From: Welwitschia mirabilis
Lineage: Eukaryota
Assembly: GCA_051453625.1 (NCBI GenBank)
Contig: JBOZIK010000001.1
Span: 4,317,642-4,381,641, forward strand
Reading direction: 5' to 3'
DNA length: 64,000 nt
This document shows, one piece after another, positions 51,541 to 64,000 of this stretch (position 1 is the stretch's first letter; each line of letters starts with the position of its first letter). The translations under genes and the position numbers were made by a program. The notes beneath the pieces are model-generated. The model did not search any database, was not told where the DNA came from, and saw nothing but the letters and a program-made list of their open reading frames with translations.

Positions 51541-53028
51541 TGTTGCAAGGCCAAATTGGATAATTTAACATATTTTTTAAAGTGTGCTTTAGGACTTATT
51601 TCACATGTTTTATGATTAATTTTACCATTTTTCCATGTTAAGAATAAAAGACATAAAATTAGTCATAATTTGCATAAAATCAGATGTTCATTCAAATGAA
51701 GTTACTGTAGCAAATCATTGTAGTAGTCAAAGTTACTATAGCATAGGCATGTTGCAGGCTATTATAGCATTGTCCATCCTATTATCTAGATGACACTATA
51801 ATATGATAGCACTATAACAAAGTTACTGTAGTAGTTACTATGGCATTTACTATAGCAAAATGTAACTATAGCTAATTATTGTAACATCATCTACCTCATC
51901 CTCTAGATAATGCTGAAAGGATAACAATCATTACAAAAAAAGTCAAATGACATAAAAAAGATATAACATTTGATAATTGGATCTATCATCCACCTATGCA
52001 TCTAGAAAACACCCTGGATGATATTCCTCTTTAATAAAATTTGATAAGGATGACATGATATGACATGGAAGATAATTACTAGTAGTTAAAGGTGTTACCA
52101 TCTTATCATCTAGACAACATTAGAGAAGTACTAGCAAGAAAAGAAGAAAAAGAAATATTTCACTATCATCCATTCCATCATTCAAACAACATTTAGAATG
52201 ACATTAAGAATATTAAAATTGATAGGTGTCTAGCATTAAGGAATAGTTTTAATCATTATTCCCCTCATCATTTGGACAACACCAAATGGATGATAATTAA
52301 TTATTTATTAAAATATTAAGTTGGTTTTAGATGTGCCCTTCCACATCACATCCCTTAAAGACCTTAATCGCTAACCTAAAACTATAAATACCCTCTTAGA
52401 CATCTTATTTTTAATCTTTAATGCACTTTTGATCTTGTGACAATTGGAGATTGATTGATAAAAAATCCATTCTAATTTTGAAAAGGGTTTCACTTGGTGT
52501 TAGACTAAGATTTCTCCATTGAGGTGTTATTACTTATAAAAAGATGTTAGCATTCTTTATTTTTCAAATGATTAATAAATAATTTTTTTCAGTTCTTTGT
52601 TTCACTATTTTTTATTTTTTATGATATATTTTCTTCAAGACTTAAGTGACATTAATAGGAATTTATTATGATTTATAAGGGTCAATATAGATGATAATGG
52701 CTTGGTATTTTGGTTAATCAAATTACATTAGGATTACATTCATTTAGCATAGTCATTTTGCATTGCAATAGATCATATCACTTACCTCATTGCATTCTTA
52801 ATTCATTTCATTTTGATAATTCAAAAACATAATTATTTCTATTCTTATCTCTTTAATTCTTTCTCTCTTATGAGAATAAGATCTCTAACTCACCTTTCTT
52901 AAAGTTTACAAATCCAAATCAAATCTCACCACTATACTAGAAGTGTTGTGTTGCTTAAATTATGCTTTAAGATCTTTTAAGAGTAACTTGTAGGTAATTT
53001 ATCAAAATCACACTTTGAAATCACATCA
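51541..53028 (+). repeat. 5' LTR (family 2)
   Basis: TGTTGC...CACATCA termini, CTATAAATACC (~52382), and TACTGTAGCA repeats. Confidence 0.9.
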
Positions 53029-56000
53029 TTTTTGCATTAATGTCAATGAGGGGAGTAAGTCTTCAAAGAGGATCCTGTTCTATATACTTACAAAACATAA
53101 TGTAAGTATCCAAGAAATAATTCATTAAAGGAAGTGAGATTTGGTTGGGATCACATTCTACATCAAAAAGTAAGGTGAAATTATCATTTGAATATATTAA
53201 TTTCTTTTAATATTGCATAATACTCCCAAGTTTGAGTCTACAAGATTTACTTGATTACTCTTCTTGGATTATACATAGTTTATAATTTTTTTAAATATTC
53301 TTTTTAAGTAAATAATATTTTGAATTGGTCTATTCCTTGTACATTAGAGTGATCTTGAAGACTACCATTTTAGTCCTACTCCTTTCACTTAGTGTGATCT
53401 TAGAGATTATCATCCAAATCATTTAATCATCTTATTTATTTTTTGTATTACTAATACTTATTTAGTAAAAGTGATCTACACCTTGCACTTCATGTAATTT
53501 GGATCATTATATTACTTGCAACTCCAGGTACATTTATTCTTGTTTTATTTTCTAGATGGTGATAAAAGAAATTTAAATGAGATATTTTATAAAAGAAAAA
53601 AAGAAAACCCTCTCCTTGAACTCATTATTAAAAGAAATAAATAACTTGCATTATAAAAATAACATAATTCCTATATTTCACATACTTCTTTTCAACTAGC
53701 ACATGGGTATGCTAATGAGTCTTATTCTTCTAGTAATTGTTTTCATTGAGAGAATTTGTCAACAATATGATTAGCCAAACTAAACCTTTTTCTATGGAAG
53801 AATATGAAGAATAGATAGATGGTAAATAATATTCTCTATCACAATCCCTTCATTAGTGTATAAAACAAAGTTAAGAAGGAGCATAACAAAGTGACATACT
53901 TAGTAAAACTTTAGCAAAATTAGTAGAAGTCATTACTCAAGTCTATAATCATTAACATTTTAAATTCTACTTAATCACATCATCTACCTCTTACCTTAAG
54001 AATGATGAAGAGGACATTGAGATTACTATACAAAGTGATACCAACTCTTATCTTGAAAATGATGATGATATGATAGGAATTTTAGAGGAATTCTTCAACA
54101 TTTTGGATGATATCCCAAGTGAGAAAAACAAATTTTTAACTCAAAAAATGAAGAAAAATGAAGATGAGGATGATAATGGAATAGAAATTTTGAACTACTT
54201 GTCAAACCTCCACTCAATTTTAGAAAATGATGAAGAAAATTATGAAAATATTCTAACACATAAAGAAGATGATGACACTGCTTTTTGTATTCTTTTTAAT
54301 GGTGAATTCAGTCATTTAATTCATGATGAAGATAATATTCAATAAAGCAAAAACAATGAAAATAATAAAGAAAAGAATAAAGAAGTATCCATGGAGAATC
54401 AACAAATTTTAATGGAGAATAAACTTAGCATAACTAATGGACCAATCCAAATTGAAGAGTCTACTCCTACTAAATATGATCTTTTAGTTATTTCTCTTAC
54501 ACCTTCATGTAAAACTTAAAATACCATGCTCTCTTCTACTCCTAAGTTAACATTCCCTTGTGATGATTTTATCTTATAAGAACATGACTTGGGGATACTT
54601 GGAATTTTAGTTTGAAAAAAGCCTTATCTTCTTGAGTCTACTTCATGCATTGAGAAGTCTTAAAGAACTTTTTAGTCATGTTAAACATGCATTAATCAAT
54701 TCTTCTAAGAAGTTCTATGATATTTCTAAGATCCATTTATTCTTCTTGGGTAATACCAATGATGTTTTGAATTAAAATTATGCTTACGCCTTTTTGCATC
54801 AATTTGATAAGAGAGTATTTTTCAATGAATTGTATCAAGTTTCATCTTTTATCTATCTTTTAAAATTTGTAATATCATGATAATATCATGTTTGATTTTG
54901 TATTACCAATTGACACTTATTAAGAATGATATTGTACTCTTCACATTTAGCCAATTGGTTTCAAAATGGTTTGGTCCTTATTTCATTGAAAAGATAGAAT
55001 TTTGATGACTATGTTGAAATAACCTAACTTTTGAAATAAGGACGAACATAAAGTAAGGAAATAATGTATTGTTGAAGTAACTAATTTTGTGAAATTATGT
55101 CCATCACTTATCTTTTAAGAATTATGTTCAAATGATTCCTCTTATTTCATATGTAGTAACTTGATTTTATTTTAGTTCTTTATCATTTAGTATGAATAAG
55201 CATTTCATGCTTTTATAATGAATGATCAATTGGATTTCAACCAATTGTGAGGTATTCAAATGCCTATGAACTATTATTCCAAGAGAGGAAAATTTTCTTA
55301 ATTAAATTAATCATGTTATATGCATATGTCTTCATCAATTTCATTATCATGCTATAAATTATTAATGCCTTGATGGATTACAAGTTGCTTTTCATAAAAG
55401 AAAATAAAAAGGAAATAAAAAAGAAAAGAAAATAATATTCAAAATATGATAAAAAAATAACTATGAAATATGGAAGCACTTTTGATAATCATACCTAATC
55501 TATCTCAGGGATTACCACATCAAGGAAAAAGTTGCCTAACGATCCGTGTCTTGTATTATAGATTTTATCACTTGTGGTAAAAGCAAGATTATTGGTTTTA
55601 AAAGAAGCACTCTATAATGGGAGGAATCCTTAGTAGAAGAAGGTATACCTCGAAGTGTACTGTGATTATCATAATTTCTATAGTATTATTATTTTGTAGC
55701 TATTTTTCTCTATTGATGATTGGTGATCATGGCTATGATATGTCAATTTCAATTAGTATGTTATCATGTTCATCCTATTCAAGTAGAGATATGATGTTTC
55801 ACTGGTTTTGAATCATGTATTTTATTTGAAAATGAGATACCATTGGTAACTGATCAACTTAAAGTAAGAGATATTATATTGCAAAGTATTAGTTTTTATT
55901 CCTTAAGTTAGAAAATTTTAAAGCTCTTTATGTATATTTTTTTATTACTTAAGAGGATAATAACATTATGATGATTTTCATTCCTATAATTCTTGATTAA

Positions 56001-56393
56001 AGAACCTTGACCTCATTGTATTATCATTGATTTCTTTACCTTACTCCTAAACCTTATTATCTAATTTCCCTCTGCACATTTCATCCTATGTCTTACATTT
56101 AGTAGGAACCTATCTTTTCATGTAAAAGTTCTCTAAATTTGGAATTAATTTATCTTTCTTAAGGGCGGATTAAATCCCTAAGGATTAGAGTCATTCATGA
56201 ATAAATTTATGAAAAAAATATGTGTTTATACAAACTCAAAAAAATTTCTAAATTCAATGAATATTCAAATGGCTTATGAGATGGACTTAATATTTATGTG
56301 ACATCATTTTAGAAAATTTCCTTCCCAATTAGCCCAACTTTGTTATTATTCGCTTGCTTTATCAGGAACTAAGAAATGCTAAGTAGATGGCTA

Positions 56394-57817
56394 TGTTGTG
56401 AGGACAAATTTACTAATTTGACATATTGTTTAAAGTGTGTTTCAGGTCTAATTTCATAAGTTTTATGATCAATTTGACCACTCTTAGATGTCAAGGATGA
56501 AAAGCATTAAATTGGGTATAATTTAGATAAAATCAGATTTTACTATAGCAAATAACTGTAGAAAAGTTACTGTAACTATTAAATTTATTGTAGTAGAGGT
56601 TGTAGTGGGTTATTGTAGCATCATCCATCATTTTTTCTAAACAACATTGTAGGATGATAGCATTATGATAGAGTTGTTGTATTACTTATTGTAGCAAAAG
56701 TAACTATAGCAAGTTACTGTAGTGTCATACACCTTGTCATTTGGATGATGCCAGAAGAACAACAGTTATTACAAAAAGATTAAACAACATCAAAAATTCA
56801 TAAGTTTTAATAATTAAACCTGTGATCCACCTATGGTCATTTGGACAACACCTTAGATGACATTTCTCTTCAATAAAATTTAACAAGGATGATAATGGAA
56901 AATAATTGTGCTAGTTAAAGGTCTTATCCATCCCATCATTTAGATGACATTAGAGGATGACTAATGGGAAAAGAAGAAATAGAAAGATGACACTACCATC
57001 CACTCCATCATCTAGGTGACATCTAAGATGACGCTAAGAATATTCACAATTAATACATGTTGAGCATTAGTTATTTGTTTAAAAAAATTAATCTTTATGT
57101 AATAAAAGTTGGATTTGGATGTGAATTCCACATCATACCGCTTAATAACCTAAACTACTAATATAAAACTATAAATACCTCTTACACATATTATTTTTGA
57201 TCTTTGATGCACTTCTGATCTTGTGATAATAGGAGATTAATTGGTAAAAGATCCATCCTAATTTTGAAAAGGGATTCACTTGGTGTTGGCCTGAGATTCC
57301 TCCATTAAGATTCTTTTACTCATGAAAGGATGTAAGAATACTTTGTTTTTCAAGTGATTAAATAAACATGCTTAATTTCATTCTCTCTTTTTATTTTTCT
57401 TATTTTTCATGATATATTTTCTTCAAGATTCAATTAACATTAATAGGGATATGTTATGATTTTGTAATGACAATCTAGCTGATAATAGATTGGTAGTTTG
57501 TTTCATCAAATTGCATTAGGATGACATTAATTTAGCATAGTCATTTTGCATTACAATGGATCATATCATTTACGTCATTGCATTGTTAATTCATTTCATT
57601 TTGATAATTCAAAAACATAACTATTTCTATTATTCACTCTCTAATTCTATTTGTCTCATTATAATAAGATATTCCAACTTACTTTTCTTAAATTTTATGA
57701 ATCCAAGTCAAATCTCATCACTATACTAGAAGTGTTGTGTTGCTTAAATTATTATTTCAACACTTTTAAGACTAACTTGTAGGTCATTTATGAACATAAC
57801 ATTGTGAAACCACATCA
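56394..57817 (+). repeat. 3' LTR (family 2)
   Basis: TGTTGT...CACATCA termini. Shares blocks such as TTAATTCATTTCATTTTGATAATTCAAAAACATAA and CACTATACTAGAAGTGTTGTGTTGCTTAAATTAT with the 5' LTR. Confidence 0.9.
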
Positions 57818-59363
57818 TAATATTGTCAAATCTAGATCATTATTGGAGTAAGAAGGACTCCATGAGTAATCTGAAAGCCTTTAACAAAGAAAATAAATTG
57901 ATCAAGAAATAATTTTATTTAAATTAAAGCATAAAGATTTTAGGGGAAAAATTATAAATGAAGATTATTATACCAATGAGTCATTTTCTAAAATACCTAA
58001 GTATGTAAAGAATATTACGTAAATTTTCAAGATTCTTAGGTGTAGACATGATCTAAGGTTAGTAGCTATGTAGTTAGATCTTAGGAAAATCAAATAGCAC
58101 TTAGGTAGGAATCCTAAGAACTATTTTTCCACTATAGGCAACATTAGAATGAAGTAGAACAGCCAATAAAATTTATTATGCCTCTTAAGTTTAATCATGA
58201 GAGAGCTAATTCTCATATTTAAAAGTTAGCTTTAATTAATTTCCTTCTTAGTTTTATTCATTTGGCTTTTTTCTAAGTTCATTTAATCTTGTTTTTTTTT
58301 TTCATTTTCCTCTCCTTTGTTTCTCTCTTTTCTTTATTGTTTGTTATTAAGATGTAGTCTAGTTTAATCTCTTTTTAATAATTTTATTTCCTAGTAAAGT
58401 GTTTATGCTGTTTTCAATAGTGGTGTTATATCTTGATCTCTTATTTCATTGTTTATACTTTATAAATATTAATTAAAATTAAGATCATGTAATGATTAGA
58501 GGCTTTAATATATGGTTTGAAATTCTATTTATCTACATGAATAAAAAGTGTGAAAAAACATTTATCTAGATAGGATTCACTCAATTTATCATTGCTCTAC
58601 TACTAAAGGATTAGCTCTAAAGGAATCTTTACTATAGATGGAGTTGGACCTATGGCTTGAAAAAATCATTAAGGGTCTATTTGATAATGTAGATTACTAA
58701 TCATAATTCCAACAAACAAGGTTTTCCATATGGTAGGAAAATTTTCTTATGATGAAGTTAACTAAAGTATAGCTGCACTATTAAAGGCCTTAAATGTTTT
58801 AGATAAAATATAGAGAATTATTGTATCTTTTAGGAAAATCACACTATAAGCTTTTTTCACCCTAACTAATATAGAATACTTTATGAGATACCTTATTATT
58901 TCTCTTTCACACTTACAGTCCCTTTTTTAATGAATATTTCACTTATTCCAATATTCANNNNNNNNNNNNNNNNNNNNNNNNNNNNNNNNNNNNNNNNNNN
59001 NNNNNNNNNNNNNNNNNNNNNNNNNNNNNNNNNNNNNNNNNNNNNNNNNNNNNNNNNNNNNNNNNNNNNNNNNNNNNNNNNNNNNNNNNNNNNNNNNNNN
59101 NNNNNNNNNNNNNNNNNNNNNNNNNNNNNNNNNNNNNNNNNNNNNNNNNNNNNNNNNNNNNNNNNNNNNNNNNNNNNNNNNNNNNNNNNNNNNNNNNNNN
59201 NNNNNNNNNNNNNNNNNNNNNNNNNNNNNNNNNNNNNNNNNNNNNNNNNNNNNNNNNNNNNNNNNNNNNNNNNNNNNNNNNNNNNNNNNNNNNNNNNNNN
59301 NNNNNNNNNNNNNNNNNNNNNNNNNNNNNNNNNNNNNNNNNNNNNNNNNNNNNNNNNNNNNNN

Positions 59364-62300
59364 ATATGAATTGTCTTTTCCATCTTATGGAAGTTTCTAA
59401 AACATTTTAAAATAGATAGCTATTTACTAAAAATTTCTAAATTATGTCCATTCACAATGTAGGTTTCATTAGAATGGAAAGAATCTATTTGAACAGCACC
59501 ATTATTGTAAATCTTTACCACTCTAAAAAGTTTTGATCCTTTGTTAGCAAATCTTTGATATAATAATTTTATTTAGGATTAAACATAATAACTATTTATC
59601 CCATTTTAAACTATTTAGATTTGATTTTCTTAGCATGGTAAGCCTTTGTTTTCTCTTGAGTTTTGTCTTTTGGTAATGATGCTAGCTTCCTTTTCTTATC
59701 TAATAGATTTAAATTTTATGACTAGCTTTTTATATCTTTATCTAGTCAACATTTTAAATTTTTTTATTAACATATATGATTTAATCTTTAATTATATGGT
59801 TAAAAGTAATGATTTATCATAAACTAAGCCATATGAAGGATATTATGTTACTCTTTCCCATGTTATTCTATGAACCCAAAGAGATTCATCTTATTTTTTA
59901 TTCAATTTTTTCCTTTTATTAATGGGCTTTTTTAACAAGATTATTTCAAGTTCCCTATTAGTATTTCTTGCTTATTCATTAACCTATAAATGGTAGGTCA
60001 TGGCTAAATGATAAGAAATCCAAATCTACTAAAGAGATTTTCAAATAATTAACCTATTAAATAAGTTCTTAAATGAGAAATTAAGGTGATGAGGGCTCCA
60101 TATCTAGTGATAATTTTTAATGGAAACATTTAGTAGGTATTTTGGTAACATAATTGACAACTACTTTTTCCTCCATCCATTTAGCTAAGTATTTAACATT
60201 AATAATTATATATTTCTTCCCATGAAACTTAGGGCTAATTTCCCTAAGAAAATCAATACCCCAAATTTCAAAATGTCTCATAGATTATATCTAAGTTTGA
60301 GGTACTTCCAGTGATCTAGTAAGAGATGTAGATTTTTAACACTAGTTACAGCTCTTGATAAAATCATAGTAATATTTATAAAATATGTGGCTAATAATAA
60401 CTAGTTTGTATGATTCTTATTACAATTCTTTTATCATAATAATGTTCATCAAGTTTATCTTCTAAACTCTTCTAAGAATCTCATTTTGCTAGTTTTCTTC
60501 ACCACATTTTCTTGCAACACTATGTATTTTTATTTTATATAAACTCCCATTTTTCAATAAATAATTTTTATTTTTCTTTTCATAGTATAACAAATATTTA
60601 AAAATCATGTTTACACCTAAGCAATTCACAATATTTGGAAACCAAGGTCTTTCTTTAATTTCAAATTGATCTTCACATGGAATTTGTTCCTTAATTTGTA
60701 ACCCTTTCTCATCATCCTTAAACTTTAAACATGATACATGATCTACAATAAAAATTTTTATCTCCTTCCTATCTATTATGGTAAGATCAAATTTGTACAT
60801 TAGTAACATTCACCTTATGATTTAGGAATGCATTTCTTTTTTATCATGTGAATATCTTATTATATAATGATTTATATGAAACTCTATTTGATAACCTAAG
60901 ATATAATATTTAACTTTCTCTAAAGGAAAAACAATAACTAATATTTTAAAACTCTAACTTTAACAAGTGATAGCGTAAGGTTATTGAGTTTCATCCTTCC
61001 ATCCGTAGACATCTCCCATTTCTACATTATAGGCACTAGTCAAAATATGAAAAATGTCATCCAAGTTAGATCCTCAAAGTATAAGTGATTGTATTAGTTT
61101 ATATTCTACTTATTTAAATTTCTTTTGATAATAACCTATCCATTTGTATCCCACATCTTTCCAAAATATTTTACTTAAAGGAGTAATCATCTTATAAAAC
61201 TTTGTAATATATCATCTTACAAAACTTTGATAATGATCTATCAATTTGTATCCCACATCTTTCCAAAGTAGTTTACTTAAAGGAGTAGTCATTTTACAAA
61301 ACTTTGTAATAAACCTCCCACAGCAGTTTACATGCTCTAAGAATCATCTTAACTCATAGCAGTTTACATGCTCTAAGCATCATCTTAACTCTTTTATTTT
61401 AGTTTGATATTCTAGACCTTGAAGTTATTAACTTTATTTTTTTAAGTTTTAAACCTTATGATCCAAAACTATTCCTTCTTCTAGCATTAAATAGCTTTTT
61501 AACTAACTTAATTTAAGGGTTTTTTTTGTCTTTACATCTTTTTAAAACTTTTTTTAATCTATTTAATATAGAATCAAAATATTTCCCAAAGGTTAAGAAG
61601 TTATTCCTTGAAAACTTCTATACATGTATATAAAGTGTCTTGGAATGGGTAGTAGACTAAGCTTTAGAAAGTAGTAGGAGTATTACATAATCTAATGGGT
61701 AAAACTCTATAACCAAAGGTTCCCTAATGATATGTAAAGCTATTCTTTTCATTATCATTAAGAGTAATAAAAATTTGATTATATTGATTATAATAATCTC
61801 TAAAACTATTATATCATTATCCTCCTATCTTATCCAAACTTGATCTAAAATAATAAAGGAACATGATCCTTATAGGTAGCATCCTGTGATTAATGTAGAC
61901 TCTTCATTTTCCTCCTTTTTTTGAGACAACTATGATAGGACTTACTAAATTATAATAATAAATAAGATAAATAAATATAGCTTTTATAAACTTTCCTATT
62001 TCATCCTTTATAATTTCCTTAGTCTTTCTTTTACATTGTTGTATAGGTTTGACAAAAACTTGTAAATAAATTTTATGTTAAAAAACATTAGCAAGGATTC
62101 TTTCTTTGTCTAAATGAGTTCTAGAAAAATATTTAACATGTCATTCCAATATCTTTTTTAGTTTTCTCTTCTAATAATATATGAGATTAGTATTAATCAC
62201 TAAGGTTTATCAAGTTCTATCTAAAAATTTTTAAGTCATAGTTTTAGTGGTAGTTTTTCAACTTTCATGTCAAGCAATTATCAAGATAATATTTTTCATG

Positions 62301-64000
62301 TTCCTTAATTGTTTTAAAATGATTTTAAATTTTACCCTCAATGTTTTTGAAATTTTTCATACTTTAAACTTCTGTACATTTTTCAGTTATTTGGATGTGT
62401 TTCTCTAAACTTCTACCATCCCTTTTGCAACATACAAAGCTAGATATTTTTCATATTCCTTAATTATTATGTTTCTAAGGTAAGTAAATTTTTAAAATTT
62501 ATTACTATATTTATTTCTATCCATTCTTCTTTCATGATATTTATCAACTAAACATATACTTCTATTAGAAGATTCCAATTCTACATTTCCTAATTTCTCA
62601 TATGTTGCATATGATATAACATTAATTCTTGCTCTTGTATCTTATAAAGCTCAAGATAACTTATTACTAATCTTATTTTTCATAATTAAAGTTCTTGGAT
62701 CCTTATACCTAATTCTTTTAACTTCTCTTAGTGTAGTTATAAATACTCATGATAATTGTTTATGTGAATTTCCTTTAATAACTTGGTGTTTTTCTTTCTT
62801 CCTAGTTTTCCTTCTTGGTTTATCAAATAAATCCTTTATAGCCTTTAAATAACTAGGTACTTATTTTAACAGATCTACTAGATGCATAATTATAAATGTC
62901 TCATGTAATTTTTCTACGAAGTTTGCTAGAGACCTTATTTATTTTTTAATTCCAATTATTATCCCATTTATTAGCCACCTCTTTAGATATGAAAACTTAA
63001 CTACATTATTATTTAAAATTCTTATAAAGTAAGGTAATAATATTAAGTGTTATGAGTCTCATTTTTATTTCTAATCTTTCTTCTTCTTGGTTCTTAGTCT
63101 TTTATAATTCATTTACTTAATTTAGTTTTAATGATATTCAAGTTTTCTTGAATACTTTTGAGATTGGGTTTATATTGACCTATCAACACTCTCTACTGCT
63201 TCTTATTTTTTTCTTTCTTAGGTTTTAATCTCATGCCACTTTATTTTCATCATTTAATTTATTTTTTCAATTTTATAGTAGTTATTCATTTTTTGTTAAT
63301 TTCTTTGCACATAATTACAAAGGGATCTATCCTCTTTGTCCAACTTCTTTACTTGCAAGGATAGGAAGTCTTTGATTTAAATGTCTTTTATCCGTTTTTA
63401 TTGATAACTATGGTATCTACTTAGTTAACATGTAATCATTCTATGAAAGTATTATACCCTATAAAATATGCAAGATCATGACCTCCCTAAGTATAATGTT
63501 TTATAAGTTATTTTCTTCTTTAGTTAAAGCTAAAACCTATTCCAATTTATTACTTACTTTCTCAACAATTTTATTAGTAATTATTCCTTCAATATTATGA
63601 ATTCTTTCTTTTCTTCTATCTTTATCTTATTTTTTATTTTTCAATTCCTACTCCATCTTATAAAGTTCTACTAATGTTTTTCTTAAAACTTTAAGATTAT
63701 AATTTTTAATTCTTCCCCTACATAATAAGTTTAGTTTTCCCAAAGTTTTAGTATTAACTCCTCTTAAAAATGCTCTAATTCTTTCTATTATATTAATTCC
63801 ATGCTTAGGAAATAATCCTAATAAGTTTTAATCTCTATTATATAATTCATTAAAGTTTTCTTAAGGTCCTTATTTGATGTCCATAATCTAATCGCTAACA
63901 TAATCTGTTAAACCTATTGATTATTACTTATTTAGGAACTTATTTTTGAATTCTATCTAGATACATACTTAGAAGTAATTGAAAATATCAAATCATTACA
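59364..64000 (-). mobile_element. Degenerate Athila-like Gypsy gag-pol; continues off the right edge
   Basis: Minus strand: RT PIIVVSKKGGK*RVYINHRM (~61880-61939) and RLCNTPTTF (~61668-61695), RNase H end (ORF 60489-60809: YKFDLTIIDRK...VDHVS), integrase EIWGIDF (~60249-60269). Confidence 0.9.

Larger units (their letters stand above)
51541..57817 (+). mobile_element. Non-autonomous Gypsy (Athila-like) LTR element with two LTRs and no RT
   Basis: LTR pair 51541-53028 and 56394-57817. Degenerate PBS at ~53029-53052. Acidic gag-like ORF 54070-54345. Integrase-tail relic SKWFGPY (54961-54981). Flanks TGGTG/TAATA. Confidence 0.88.

Noticed and set aside
57818..58957. Possible further LTR/gag remnant hosting the family-2 insertion (with 51340-51540)
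   Set aside because: No termini, PBS or protein motif could be identified.

Overview
AT-rich, CpG-depleted plant-type nuclear DNA from a gapped draft assembly. It is almost entirely old, nested and heavily degenerated retroelements. Copia-type: a SIRE-like element (1-3974, -), Copia remnants (11400-16600 -, 24600-27170 -), and a Copia (30470-32956 and 47612-49205, +) split by an Athila-like Gypsy complex (32957-47611). Gypsy-type: a solo LTR (6516-7877), an integrase remnant, a non-autonomous LTR element (51541-57817) and a further element (59364-64000, -). Non-LTR: two L1 LINE copies (17479-24500, -) and a tRNA-derived SINE. No intact protein-coding gene is supported; the supplied ORFs are TE fragments, gap artefacts or chance. 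The only non-retroelement zone is 5.6-10.4 kb: a ~540-bp inverted-repeat pair (MULE/foldback-like) next to a CpG-retaining island that may be a promoter or first exon. I do not see a convincing novel biological system. The best leads are that island and inverted repeat, strong transition-biased decay of TEs, palindromic arrays in the LTRs, and Athila-like RTs lacking the usual insertion. All alignments and identities were judged by eye, and boundaries without terminal motifs are approximate.
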